From: Desulfatiglandales bacterium
Lineage (GTDB): Bacteria; Desulfobacterota; DSM-4660; Desulfatiglandales; HGW-15
Direction of reading: 5' to 3'
Length of the DNA: 64,000 nucleotides
Assembly: GCA_963667015.2 (NCBI GenBank)
Contig: CAXXJJ010000001.1
Coordinates: forward strand, 64,001 to 128,000
Part shown: piece by piece, positions 27,968 through 37,827 of the stretch
Layout of the letters: each line of letters starts with the position of its first letter
Position numbering within the stretch: position 1 is the stretch's first letter
Made by a program: the position numbers and the translations under genes
Notes under the pieces: model-generated
The model's input: only the letters and a program-made list of their open reading frames with translations
The model's database searches: none
Told to the model about the DNA's origin: nothing

Positions 27968-29473
27968 ATGGCTGATAAAAACAGTAAACAGGTCATAGTA
28001 ATAGGTGCAGGCCTGGGAGGCCTTTCTGCGGCCATATCTCTTGCAGTCAAAGGGTATTCCGTACATTTATATGAAAAAAATGACAAAGTCGGGGGAAAGC
28101 TTAACGTCCTGAAAAAGGATGGATTTTCATTTGATATGGGCCCTTCCATTCTCACCCTTCCTCACTATTTTCGAAGACTCTGGACAAGGGCCGGGAGACG
28201 AATGGAGGAAGATGTGACCCTGGAACCCGTCACTCCCCACTGGAGAAATTTTTTTGAGGACGGGACAGTAATTGACCTTCATATGGATCCCTCTGAAATG
28301 AAGAATGAGTTATTGAAACTGGGAGATCCTGAACTTGAAAAACATTTCACTGAATTCATGAAATATTCAGCGAAACAGTATGATCTTATTGAAGAGGGAT
28401 ATTTTGAAAAGGGTCTTGATACAAAAAAGGATTTCATATCATTCTATGACTGGAAGAATATACTTAAAATAGACTACTGGACAACCATGCACAGGCGAGT
28501 GAAAAAGCGCCTTAAGAATCCATACCTTGTGGATATAATGGACTACTTCATAAAATACGTCGGCTCCTCCGCCCTGAAGGCCCCCGCATTTATGAATCTT
28601 ATGCCCACCATACAGTTCCGGTATGACCTCTGGTATGTAAAGGGAGGTATGTACAATCTTGCCCTTGGTATGGAAACTCTCGCAAAATCCCTTGGTATAG
28701 AAATAAACCTGAACGCAGAAGTGGCGTCGATTGAAAAAGAGGATAATCAGGTTCGGGGAATTCGTCTTGTCGATGGAGCCTTTCATGCCTCGGATATTCT
28801 TGTTTCCAACATGGAGGTAATCCCTGCCTATGAAAGGCTTCTTAAGGAAGATGATGAATTTCTGAATGAACTTAAACCCTTTGAGCCAGCATGCTCAGGT
28901 CTGGTGCTCCATATCGGAACGGACCGACCCTTTCCTCAGCTTGCCCATCACAACTTCTTTTTTGCCAGGGATCAGGAAAGGCATTTTCAATCGGTTTTCG
29001 AAGAGGGGAAGATACCGGAAGATCCCACCCTCTATGTTGTTGCTCCCTCCAGAACAGACCCCTCGGTATGTCCTCAAGGGTGCGACAATATAAAAATTCT
29101 TCCCCATATTCCTCATTTAAAAAAACAGGATAATCCTTCCCATGAGGACTATCTTGCATTGAGAGATCGCATACTTGAAAAGATGGAAAGGACAGGGCTC
29201 AAGGGATTGAGGGAGAGTATCATCACAGAGGACATGTGGACTCCGGTGGATATTGAGAGGCATTATTATTCAAATGGAGGCTCGATTTACGGCGTTGTTT
29301 CAGACAGAAAAAAGAATTTTGCCCTCAAATGCCCCAAAAAGAGCATAAAATACAGCAATCTTTTTTTTACAGGCGGTTCGGTAAACCCGGGCGGAGGAAT
29401 GCCCATGGTGGTTCTTTCAGGTCAGAATGTTGCAGATATGATACATGAAGAATTTACCGGCGGAGCCGTATAG
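27968..29473 (+). CDS. crtP: Diapolycopene/diaponeurosporene oxygenase (CrtP/CrtNb)
   Basis: VIGAGLGGLSAA, FDMGPSILTLP, FEPACSG, and C-terminal GGSVNPGGGMPMVVLSGQ characteristic of CrtP/CrtNb. Confidence 0.75.
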   Translation: MADKNSKQVIVIGAGLGGLSAAISLAVKGYSVHLYEKNDKVGGKLNVLKKDGFSFDMGPSILTLPHYFRRLWTRAGRRMEEDVTLEPVTPHWRNFFEDGTVIDLHMDPSEMKNELLKLGDPELEKHFTEFMKYSAKQYDLIEEGYFEKGLDTKKDFISFYDWKNILKIDYWTTMHRRVKKRLKNPYLVDIMDYFIKYVGSSALKAPAFMNLMPTIQFRYDLWYVKGGMYNLALGMETLAKSLGIEINLNAEVASIEKEDNQVRGIRLVDGAFHASDILVSNMEVIPAYERLLKEDDEFLNELKPFEPACSGLVLHIGTDRPFPQLAHHNFFFARDQERHFQSVFEEGKIPEDPTLYVVAPSRTDPSVCPQGCDNIKILPHIPHLKKQDNPSHEDYLALRDRILEKMERTGLKGLRESIITEDMWTPVDIERHYYSNGGSIYGVVSDRKKNFALKCPKKSIKYSNLFFTGGSVNPGGGMPMVVLSGQNVADMIHEEFTGGAV

Positions 29474-29475
29474 AA

Positions 29476-30573
29476 ATGTTCTGGTTCGGCCTTCCTGTTA
29501 TTGTTTCTGTTTTTATCGGATTTATACTGTTTTATCGATTTCCTGTCCTGGAATTAAAAGAAAAAAAATCTGACACCCCTCCAAAAATAAGCATTATCAT
29601 TCCTGCAAGGGATGAGGAATATAACCTGCCTGCGCTTTTATCTTCGCTGAAAAATCAGACGGTTTTGCCCCATGAAATAATTGTGGTTGATGACAATTCT
29701 AATGATGGAACAGTCCGCACAGCAAAAGAACATGGCGCGAAGGTTTTTTCTTCCGGACCATTGCCGGAAGGGTGGATGGGAAAACCGTGGAGCTGCTTTC
29801 AGGGGGCTGGCAGGGCAAAGGGAGATCTGTTTGTCTTCCTTGATGCAGATACATTTCTGGCACCTGATGCCCTTGAGAAGATTGCATGTAATTTTTCTAA
29901 AGGGGCGGGTGCTGTTTCTATTTTCCCCTTTCACCGAATAAAAAAAATCCATGAATCCTTTTCGGCAATTTTTAACCTTATGCAGCTTGCGGGAATGTAT
30001 AAAGTTTCTATTAAAAGAAATCCTGATCCCTGCGGGATGTTCGGCCCGTGCCTGGTAATCTCACGTAAAGATTATTTTAAAATCCAAGGGCACAAATCTG
30101 TACGCGGTGAAGTACTGGAACATTATATTATGGCTGCTGTTTTAATAGAAAATAATGTACCGGTCCGCCTTTTCAGGGGAAAGGGTTGTATAAATGTGAG
30201 GATGTATCCGGAGGGATGGATGTCCGTAATAAAGGGATGGAGTAAATCCTTTACCCGGGGGGCTGATCAGACCCCGGGCCTGAACATGTCCCTCAGCGTC
30301 ATGTGGATATCAGGACTGACTGTTTCATCTGTATTTTTTACCTGTTCATTATTATTTTCAGGTAATATGTTTGGCATATATTTCTGGACGGCTGTTTACC
30401 TTATCTGTGTAATACAGGTCTTTATCCTTCTTCGTAGTATCGGTAATTTTCCTTTATGGTCTGCTCTTTTATACCCTTTAAACCTTATTTTTTTTCTAAC
30501 TGTTTTTACCTTTTCCTCATACCGATCATCTAAAAACAGGAATGTTGAGTGGAAAGGAAGAAAAATTAACTAG
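29476..30573 (+). CDS. crtQ: GT2 glycosyltransferase, CrtQ-like (diaponeurosporenoate glycosyltransferase)
   Basis: SIIIPARDEE, VVDDNSNDGT, PEGWMGKPW, FLDAD, FGPC, RMYP..W, C-terminal TM helices and EWKGR; follows crtP. Confidence 0.7.
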   Translation: MFWFGLPVIVSVFIGFILFYRFPVLELKEKKSDTPPKISIIIPARDEEYNLPALLSSLKNQTVLPHEIIVVDDNSNDGTVRTAKEHGAKVFSSGPLPEGWMGKPWSCFQGAGRAKGDLFVFLDADTFLAPDALEKIACNFSKGAGAVSIFPFHRIKKIHESFSAIFNLMQLAGMYKVSIKRNPDPCGMFGPCLVISRKDYFKIQGHKSVRGEVLEHYIMAAVLIENNVPVRLFRGKGCINVRMYPEGWMSVIKGWSKSFTRGADQTPGLNMSLSVMWISGLTVSSVFFTCSLLFSGNMFGIYFWTAVYLICVIQVFILLRSIGNFPLWSALLYPLNLIFFLTVFTFSSYRSSKNRNVEWKGRKIN

Positions 30574-31713
30574 TGTTTAGTTGCTTAAATTACCGACAGT
30601 ATTTTTAAGTTGTGCCCCTTTGACGTCTCGCTTTCGCCAAATAAAAGGTTTGGGGGATTTATTATAGTATTTAATATATGATTCAATTGCATCTTTGAGT
30701 TTGGTAGTATTTTCAAAGCCAGCACCCCTAAGGACTTTTCGGGTAAAAATACCAAACCAGATTTCAATTTGATTCAACCAGCTTGCTGATGTCGGCGTAA
30801 AGTGAAAGTATACATTTGGATGTTTTTGCAACCATTCTTCATTTTTCTTATGGGTGCAATAATTATCCAGAATGACATGAACTTCTCTATTACTTGGTAA
30901 GTCAATGACGATATCATCCATGAATGCAATAAAGTCAGATCTTTTTTTCTCTTTCGTCACTTTACCAAGGACTTTACCGGTCGCAATTTCTAAAGCCGCA
31001 AAAAGGTTGAGTGTGCCATGTCGTTTATAAGTACTTTTATACGCCTGAACTATTTTACCATTATTAACTTTTATATATCCGGTCTGCCTTTCAAGAGCTT
31101 GAATACTTGGTTTTTCATCCACCGAAATTACAATAGCATTTAGTGGTGGATTAAGATACAGGCCGATAATATCGGTTGATTTTGTAACAAACTGTGGATC
31201 GGTGCTTATGCACCAACTACGTTTTCTACTTAACTGTATGCCTTCTTCACGCAAAAGTCGCCATACTGCATGGGTAGAAGTTTTTAAATTTTCAGCAATT
31301 AGTGGGCCATCCCAGCTTGCGTGCCCGCTAGGCGGCTTGGTTTCCAGTAGTTCCAGCACTCTATTGCGGAAGTTTTTATCATATGTTTTTGGTTTTCCGG
31401 ATCTGGGTTTATCATAAAGGCCCAAAATTCCATTTTCATTAAACCTTTTTCTAATATCGGAAACAGTATTTGCGCGGATGCTAAATCGTTTTGCTATATC
31501 TTTGTTTTGCGTACCATCAAGGCTTAATAGCAATATTTTTGCTTTGTCCACCAACCGCGATTCAGATGTGCGGCTTGATGCGAGTTTTTCTAATTCGGCT
31601 CTTTGGTTATCGCTACAACTGATACTCATTGCTTTCTTGGGCATTTTATTCTCCATGGAAGGTTGATATGTGCCCAAGTACATATATTAACGATTATTAT
31701 TGCAAGTAAACAC
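30573..31713 (-). mobile_element. IS630-family insertion sequence (about 1141 bp), TA target duplication
   Basis: Ends GTGTTTAGTTGC / GCAAGTAAACAC (imperfect IR) flanked by TA within CTAG on both sides. Confidence 0.85.
30577..31644 (-). CDS. IS630-family transposase (single ORF)
   Basis: HTH (GLYDKPRSGKP), SVDEKPSIQAL, VILDNYCTHK, SWLNQIEIWF DDE motifs; RBS GGAG before MPKKA at 31644. Confidence 0.9.
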   Translation of the reverse strand: MPKKAMSISCSDNQRAELEKLASSRTSESRLVDKAKILLLSLDGTQNKDIAKRFSIRANTVSDIRKRFNENGILGLYDKPRSGKPKTYDKNFRNRVLELLETKPPSGHASWDGPLIAENLKTSTHAVWRLLREEGIQLSRKRSWCISTDPQFVTKSTDIIGLYLNPPLNAIVISVDEKPSIQALERQTGYIKVNNGKIVQAYKSTYKRHGTLNLFAALEIATGKVLGKVTKEKKRSDFIAFMDDIVIDLPSNREVHVILDNYCTHKKNEEWLQKHPNVYFHFTPTSASWLNQIEIWFGIFTRKVLRGAGFENTTKLKDAIESYIKYYNKSPKPFIWRKRDVKGAQLKNTVGNLSN

Positions 31714-31956
31714 TAGTAATAAGAAAACTGTTTATATACTTATAATAACAGATAAAAATAGTGGCAACAATAAAACACATCAAATAAACCGGTGAAGGTG
31801 CAACCCTCTATCAAGGCATGCCCGATAAACAACAAGTTAATTATTGTAAAAAAAAATGAGATTGGTTAATCTTCTATCAGTTATACACAAGATCCATCTT
31901 TCATACACACTGCAAAGATGATAATAATATGAAGCATTTTATTACAGGCTGCGCCT

Positions 31957-33432
31957 GTGAAAATTGAGGTCTCCTCCATGAACCATTCCGGACTTTCCAG
32001 TGCCACTATCTGGGGATCCATATGGAGCTATACAGCGTTTTCACTTGGTAAATTCGCTGTTTTTTTGACAACTGTTATTCTTGCCCGAATCCTGCAACCG
32101 GAGGATTTCGGGTTAATGGCCATGGCCCTGGTTGTGATCAATTTTCTAAAAAGGATTCAGAATCTTGGGGTCGGGGATGCATTTATCTATCATCAGGACC
32201 AATCTGGCATATTTGCAAACACCGCATTTCTAATCAGTATCTTAGCGGGCGGACTCTTTTCAATCCTGGTATTTTTTTCTGCTCCGGTAGTCGCAGCTTT
32301 TTTTCATGAACCAAAAGCAGTACCGGTAATTCAGGTTCTGTCCGTGTGGTTTATTATTATCAACCTGGGCGCCATTCATGAGTCCACACTCAGAAAAGCA
32401 ATGAATTTCCGTAAACGGTTTTTTCCCCAGCTTGCCCAATCCTTTTCAAAAGGCGGATGTGCCATTGCTCTGGCTTTCCTTGGGTTCGGTGTCTGGAGCC
32501 TTGTAATTGGTCAACTGGCCGGTGAAATTACTGCAACCGTTATGTTATGGATCATTTTGACCTGGCGACCGAAGCTGCAATTCAATTTAGGTGCTGCACA
32601 GGCCCTTATCGGATACGGCACCCGGACAATCCTGATGAAGTTCCTGCAGGGTATTTTCAAAAATATAGACTACCTTTTTATCGGTCGTCGGATGGATGCC
32701 ACGCAGCTTGGACTCTATACTATTGCCTTTCGGCTACCGGATATAGTGATCCAGGGCATTCAATCTGCTCTTACACCGGTCATTTTTTCAGCATATGTTA
32801 AAGTACAGGATGACATGGCTGTTCTTAAGCGGGGCTTTTTAAAGACATTAAATTTTGTATCTGTTTTCAGCATGCCCATCAGCCTGGGAATGTATATAAT
32901 TGCACCGGAGTTTGTGGAGGTCTTTTATACAAATCGCTGGGAACCTGTAGTTCCTGTTATGCGTGCCCTGTCTGTTTATGCGATTATCAATACCTTTGAT
33001 TCTCAGGCCAGTATTATTTACAGGGCAACAGATAAGATAACACTTGCCAATAAAATTGAATTCTTCAAAATGATAAGTGCAGTACCTGTTTTATGGATCG
33101 CTGCAGGATACAGTATCCTTATTGTGTCGATTGTCCAGATTATACTGGCCCTGATAACAGCTGTTATTCAGGTTTACATGATTAGCCGTATTCTTGGTAT
33201 TGGATATACAGACATCCTTAAAAGCCTGAAACCCTGTATCACAGCGGCTGCAGTGATGATAGCCGGCATCTGGTTATTAAACTTCTGGATCATTCCTTTT
33301 CCCGCAATAGCCAGAATGGCCATAGTCATTGCATGGGGGAGCATACTCTATGCCGGTGCATTAAGGATGATTAGCCCCGACATTTTCCAGCAACTTGTAG
33401 ATATTTTAAAAAAACGGAAACAGGCATCATGA
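31957..33432 (+). CDS. wzx: Polysaccharide flippase (Wzx/PST family)
   Basis: VILARILQPEDFGL, GFGVWSLV, LGLYTIAF; about 12 TM helices. Confidence 0.85.
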   Translation: MKIEVSSMNHSGLSSATIWGSIWSYTAFSLGKFAVFLTTVILARILQPEDFGLMAMALVVINFLKRIQNLGVGDAFIYHQDQSGIFANTAFLISILAGGLFSILVFFSAPVVAAFFHEPKAVPVIQVLSVWFIIINLGAIHESTLRKAMNFRKRFFPQLAQSFSKGGCAIALAFLGFGVWSLVIGQLAGEITATVMLWIILTWRPKLQFNLGAAQALIGYGTRTILMKFLQGIFKNIDYLFIGRRMDATQLGLYTIAFRLPDIVIQGIQSALTPVIFSAYVKVQDDMAVLKRGFLKTLNFVSVFSMPISLGMYIIAPEFVEVFYTNRWEPVVPVMRALSVYAIINTFDSQASIIYRATDKITLANKIEFFKMISAVPVLWIAAGYSILIVSIVQIILALITAVIQVYMISRILGIGYTDILKSLKPCITAAAVMIAGIWLLNFWIIPFPAIARMAIVIAWGSILYAGALRMISPDIFQQLVDILKKRKQAS

Positions 33433-34586
33433 CAGATTCAATCCGGGTTGCAATGATTATTCACAACTATTTTCCCGTGATCGGCGGCGCTGAACGGGTG
33501 CTGGCGGCATTGAGTCCGGAATTAAAGAAAAATAACATTGATGTGCATATATTAACACGACGACTACCGGGCACCCCGGCGTTTGAACTAATTTCAGGTA
33601 TCCCGGTATACCGGCTGCCTGCAAAGGGCCCAAAGGCATTTGCCTCACTGTCCTTTACAATGTCAGCACTGTGGAAAATAAAAAAAATGCGGCCGGATAT
33701 TGTTCACTGCCACATCATGTTTTCACCAGCAAACATTGGCCTGATTGCAAGATGGCTCTTAAAGATACCCTTTGTGATTACAGTCCACAGGAGCGGCCCG
33801 GCACCACTGGGTGAAACTGAACGACTAAAGCAATTATTCCTGGGGAAGTTCAGGCTGGCTCTTTTCCGTAAATTTGCAAAAAGATTCATTGTTATCTCCA
33901 GTGAAATAGACACTGAACTGGCTGCTGAAGGCATCCATGAAACCCGGAGAATACTCATTCCAAATGCTGTTGATACAGACTCATTTTACCCCCTGTCACC
34001 TGAAGACAAACATTCGCTGCGACAGAAGCTTGGACTAGACAGCAGTCGGATTGCTGTTTTTACGGGAAGACTCAGCCCCGAAAAACAGGTGCATATACTG
34101 TTATCCATCTGGCCGGAGATACGAAAATCAATTCCTGGCGCATTACTGCTTATAGTGGGAGATGGGTCCGAGTTGGAAAAACTAAAAAACAAAGCCCCGA
34201 ATGGTGTACAGTTTACAGGAGCAATTGCAGATGTCCGCCCCTTTTTACAGGCCGCAGATGTTTTTGTACTGCCGTCTGCTGCAGAAGGATTGTCTATAGC
34301 CATGCTCGAAGCAATGGCTTCAGAGTTGCCGCCTGTTGTAACAAACCTGGCAGGAGCAAAAGATGTAATTACGCACAAGATAAACGGATGGCTTATTCCC
34401 CCTGATGATGTCCAAGTGCTGCAACAAGGTCTTGTTACACTCTTTAATGATGATAAACTCAGAGACAGCATTGGGAAACAGGCACGCAGTGATGTCCAAA
34501 AGTACTACAGTCTCGGAGCAATAGAAAAGCAGCTACGAAATTTATATCTCAGTATTATAAAGAGAAAACCCATATCAGGAACATAA
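33429..34586 (+). CDS. Glycosyltransferase family 4
   Basis: YFPVIGGAE, FTGRLSPEK, FVLPSAAEGLSIAMLEAMA. Confidence 0.9.
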   Translation: MTDSIRVAMIIHNYFPVIGGAERVLAALSPELKKNNIDVHILTRRLPGTPAFELISGIPVYRLPAKGPKAFASLSFTMSALWKIKKMRPDIVHCHIMFSPANIGLIARWLLKIPFVITVHRSGPAPLGETERLKQLFLGKFRLALFRKFAKRFIVISSEIDTELAAEGIHETRRILIPNAVDTDSFYPLSPEDKHSLRQKLGLDSSRIAVFTGRLSPEKQVHILLSIWPEIRKSIPGALLLIVGDGSELEKLKNKAPNGVQFTGAIADVRPFLQAADVFVLPSAAEGLSIAMLEAMASELPPVVTNLAGAKDVITHKINGWLIPPDDVQVLQQGLVTLFNDDKLRDSIGKQARSDVQKYYSLGAIEKQLRNLYLSIIKRKPISGT

Positions 34587-34599
34587 AGAGATTGATTGT

Positions 34600-35493
34600 A
34601 TGAAATCTATTTTACTGAACATTTTTGCCTCTGTATTTTCGTTCCTTGACCGGCGCTGGAGGCGCCAGGCAATATGGATCGGTACCGGGCCAATGATCAT
34701 CGGGTTGATCAGCAAGAGCATAACTGCAGCCATTATTCTGTTGATTCCTGCAACATTAATTTACCTGCTATGGATAACACTGGGAACCCGGATACTGACA
34801 GAAAAGCGAACAAAATCATTGCTGCGGGATGCTGCTTTCGACAGGACAATAGACCTTCCAGATGTATCAGTGAATCAGAATTTTAAAAATTCCGAATCAC
34901 TTCTGGGAATTTATACAAAAGCTGGTTATATGACGAAACATGCAGAAGAACCTCCTGCATTTCAAGGTGTGCCTGCCTTCTTCAGAAGACTCTCCCTTGA
35001 TACCAGATTCCAGGTTGCACTGGTGGAGATTCGGGGTAAAAAACTCATCAGGAAACAGTATACCTCCTCTGATTACAAATTCTTTCAGGCATTGAGAAAT
35101 GACATCATAGTCAGAAAGCTTGGTATTGCACCGCAACTCAAATATATTAGTGTGCCTGACAGGAGCACCTGGACAGAGTATGTGGATGGACAAAGCCTGC
35201 ATCATTTATGTACAGAGGACCTGATCACCCATACGGAAAAATCAGAGTTTGCTGAAAAACTGATTGAATATATGAATTTATTGCATCAGCTTGGACTTTG
35301 CAACCTGGACCTGCATCGCGGAAATATAATTGTAAGACATCATGACAACAAGGCAATGCTGGTTGACATTGATGAGGCTAAACAATACCCTTTAAACAGC
35401 TTTATATACCAATTGTACTGTATTAGAGATCAAAAAAGAGTTGTCAGACAAGTGAATCTAATCACCGGTAGCAACACAATAAAAGGTAATTAA
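34600..35493 (+). CDS. Membrane-anchored protein-kinase-like (LPS/sugar kinase-type) protein
   Basis: N-terminal TM helices; IRKQY, TEYVDG, NLDLHRGNII, LVDID kinase-fold motifs. Confidence 0.6.
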   Translation: MKSILLNIFASVFSFLDRRWRRQAIWIGTGPMIIGLISKSITAAIILLIPATLIYLLWITLGTRILTEKRTKSLLRDAAFDRTIDLPDVSVNQNFKNSESLLGIYTKAGYMTKHAEEPPAFQGVPAFFRRLSLDTRFQVALVEIRGKKLIRKQYTSSDYKFFQALRNDIIVRKLGIAPQLKYISVPDRSTWTEYVDGQSLHHLCTEDLITHTEKSEFAEKLIEYMNLLHQLGLCNLDLHRGNIIVRHHDNKAMLVDIDEAKQYPLNSFIYQLYCIRDQKRVVRQVNLITGSNTIKGN

Positions 35494-35495
35494 AC

Positions 35496-36668
35496 ATGCT
35501 TCTCTGGCTTTGTATCGGAATTATATTATATGTCTATGCAGGATACCCGACATTGTTGTTTCTTATTTCAAGAGTAAAGGCCTATCCTGAGTCATATGCT
35601 TTTACAGAACCTTCTGTCACCCTGCTGATTGCAGCCTTTAACGAAGCAGTAACAATCAAGAAAAAAATAGAAAACAGTCTTAAAATCGATTATCCGCGGG
35701 AAAAACTTCAGATTATCGTGGTGGCGGATGGTTCGAATGACGGGACAGATGACATCGTCAGACAATATGAGAATGAAGGGATTGATCTGATGTATGACCC
35801 TGTTCGCTCCGGTAAAATGGCAGCCATTAATCGCGCCATACCCGGGGCAAAGGGGAAAATAGTGGTTTTTTCAGATGCCAATAATATGTTCGATCCGGAG
35901 GCAATCCGCAAACTGGCTGCTCCATTATCTGATCTTGAAGTGGGGTGTGCAACAGGCAAAAAAATTATTTTAAAGGGCGATGGGCTTCTTGGAACATCTG
36001 AAGGCCTGTACTGGAAATATGAATCCTTCATCCGGAAACATGAGACAGTCACAGGTAGTTGTACGGGTGTCAACGGCGAGATCATGGCCATCAGGCGTGA
36101 TTTATTTGAAGCACCGCCGGCAAATATTATAAATGATGATTTTTACATGGCATTACAGATTATTAAGAAAGGTTTTCGCGTTGTATATGTTCCGGAAGCA
36201 CGATCCTATGAACGGATATCTGAAAGTACAGCGGATGAGGTTGAACGCCGGGCACGCATTGTTGCGGGCCGTTATCAGATTATGACATCGGGTTGGCGCC
36301 TTATGCCCATAAAAAGGCCCTTAATTCTATGGCAGATTATCTCCCACAAATTTCTGCGGCCCTTTATACCTTTTGTTATGATTCTTGCTCTCATTGTAAA
36401 TATTATCGCTGTACTGCCCGGTGTCTCATACAGTTCTTTTCTCTGGAATATAGTATTTCCGATAAACTGGATATTGTTGATTTGTCAGTGTCTGTTTTAC
36501 TTTGTGGCATTTATCGGTAATCATGTTAAGCTTAAGGGATTTACAGGCAAACTATTGTATGTGCCAACGTTTCTGTTTAACAGCAACTTTGCCGCGATTA
36601 CCGGACTCTATAGGTTTATTTTTGGAAAACAGAGTGTCACCTGGAAACAGGCACCTCGACAGGATTAA
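35496..36668 (+). CDS. Glycosyltransferase family 2
   Basis: LIAAFNE, DGSNDGT, FSDAN, NDDF, ERRARI, SHKFLR. Confidence 0.9.
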   Translation: MLLWLCIGIILYVYAGYPTLLFLISRVKAYPESYAFTEPSVTLLIAAFNEAVTIKKKIENSLKIDYPREKLQIIVVADGSNDGTDDIVRQYENEGIDLMYDPVRSGKMAAINRAIPGAKGKIVVFSDANNMFDPEAIRKLAAPLSDLEVGCATGKKIILKGDGLLGTSEGLYWKYESFIRKHETVTGSCTGVNGEIMAIRRDLFEAPPANIINDDFYMALQIIKKGFRVVYVPEARSYERISESTADEVERRARIVAGRYQIMTSGWRLMPIKRPLILWQIISHKFLRPFIPFVMILALIVNIIAVLPGVSYSSFLWNIVFPINWILLICQCLFYFVAFIGNHVKLKGFTGKLLYVPTFLFNSNFAAITGLYRFIFGKQSVTWKQAPRQD

Positions 36669-36732
36669 AAAACAGGTATCACAAATTATTTTATAGGAAT
36701 GCCATGTTAACATATATACAGGATTTTCAAGT

Positions 36733-37827
36733 ATGAGAATTCTTCAGCTGACAGGAATGACCAGCACCCATTACGGTGCAAAGGAGAATTATTTTGTGGA
36801 ATTTTCTAGGGCATGTCAACAAAAAGGTGCGCAGTGCGTTCTTCAGTTTGAAGATTTACCCCGAAGTCAGGAGTATCTGGAAGATCTTAAAAACGCAGGT
36901 GTAAAGGTTGTTACCCTGAATACAGGCGCTAATTTCCTGATGACTATTCTGAAAATTGCACGGTTAATTTATACCCTGCGACCTGAGATTATTGAGACCC
37001 ATTTTGTCAACCGGATGATCCGTATCCTTGTACCTGTTGTTGCTCGGTCACTGGGCACCCGAAAATGCGTTGCTTTTGTGAGGAACATGCCGCGCCGTCG
37101 CAAGCTGTTTTTCAGGCAATGCTTCAATCAGTATGATCTTGTATTTACAGTTTCCAGGGCTGTTGCAGATTATATTACCCGTATAGGTGTCCGTCATGAA
37201 ATAGTTCATCCACACTACTGGGGGCTTTTAGGTGAGCGGGAAAATTCTTTAAAACTCAGGTCCAGATTCCGGAAAGAACTCGGCATACCCGGAGATGCTG
37301 TTGTTATCAGTATCATCGCCTTTGATACACCATTCAAGGGCCTTGATGTTTTATTGGACGCGTTCTCACGCATTACAAAAAATTATCCTGAAGCTCATTT
37401 ACTTGTGATAGGTGTGGAGCCTGAAAAATCTAATTTACCGGAAATGGCAGTAACTCTAGGCGTTGGCATTGATAAAATTCACTGGGCAGGGATAAGGGAT
37501 GAAGGATGGAAACTGCTGAATGCAGCGGACATATATACGCAGCCCTCTATAGATTCAGAAGGGCTCCCCAATGCGGTTGTTGAGGCAATGGCAATGAAAC
37601 TGCCGACAGTCGGGACCAGGGTCAGCGGAATCCCTGAAGCTATTATTGATGGAAAAACCGGCATTCTCGTGGAGCCTGGTAATGCAGAACGCCTGGCAGA
37701 TGCATTTGAAAATCTTTTTAAAAATCCATCCTTATGGAAAACTCAGGGTGATGCCGGATATAAAAGGTATCTTGATATGTTTGATGGAAAGGTTTCGATA
37801 AATAAACTTATCGGGCACTATTTTTAA
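36733..37827 (+). CDS. Glycosyltransferase family 4
   Basis: KGLDVLLDAF, EGLPNAVVEAMA, GIPEAIIDGKTG. Confidence 0.85.
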   Translation: MRILQLTGMTSTHYGAKENYFVEFSRACQQKGAQCVLQFEDLPRSQEYLEDLKNAGVKVVTLNTGANFLMTILKIARLIYTLRPEIIETHFVNRMIRILVPVVARSLGTRKCVAFVRNMPRRRKLFFRQCFNQYDLVFTVSRAVADYITRIGVRHEIVHPHYWGLLGERENSLKLRSRFRKELGIPGDAVVISIIAFDTPFKGLDVLLDAFSRITKNYPEAHLLVIGVEPEKSNLPEMAVTLGVGIDKIHWAGIRDEGWKLLNAADIYTQPSIDSEGLPNAVVEAMAMKLPTVGTRVSGIPEAIIDGKTGILVEPGNAERLADAFENLFKNPSLWKTQGDAGYKRYLDMFDGKVSINKLIGHYF

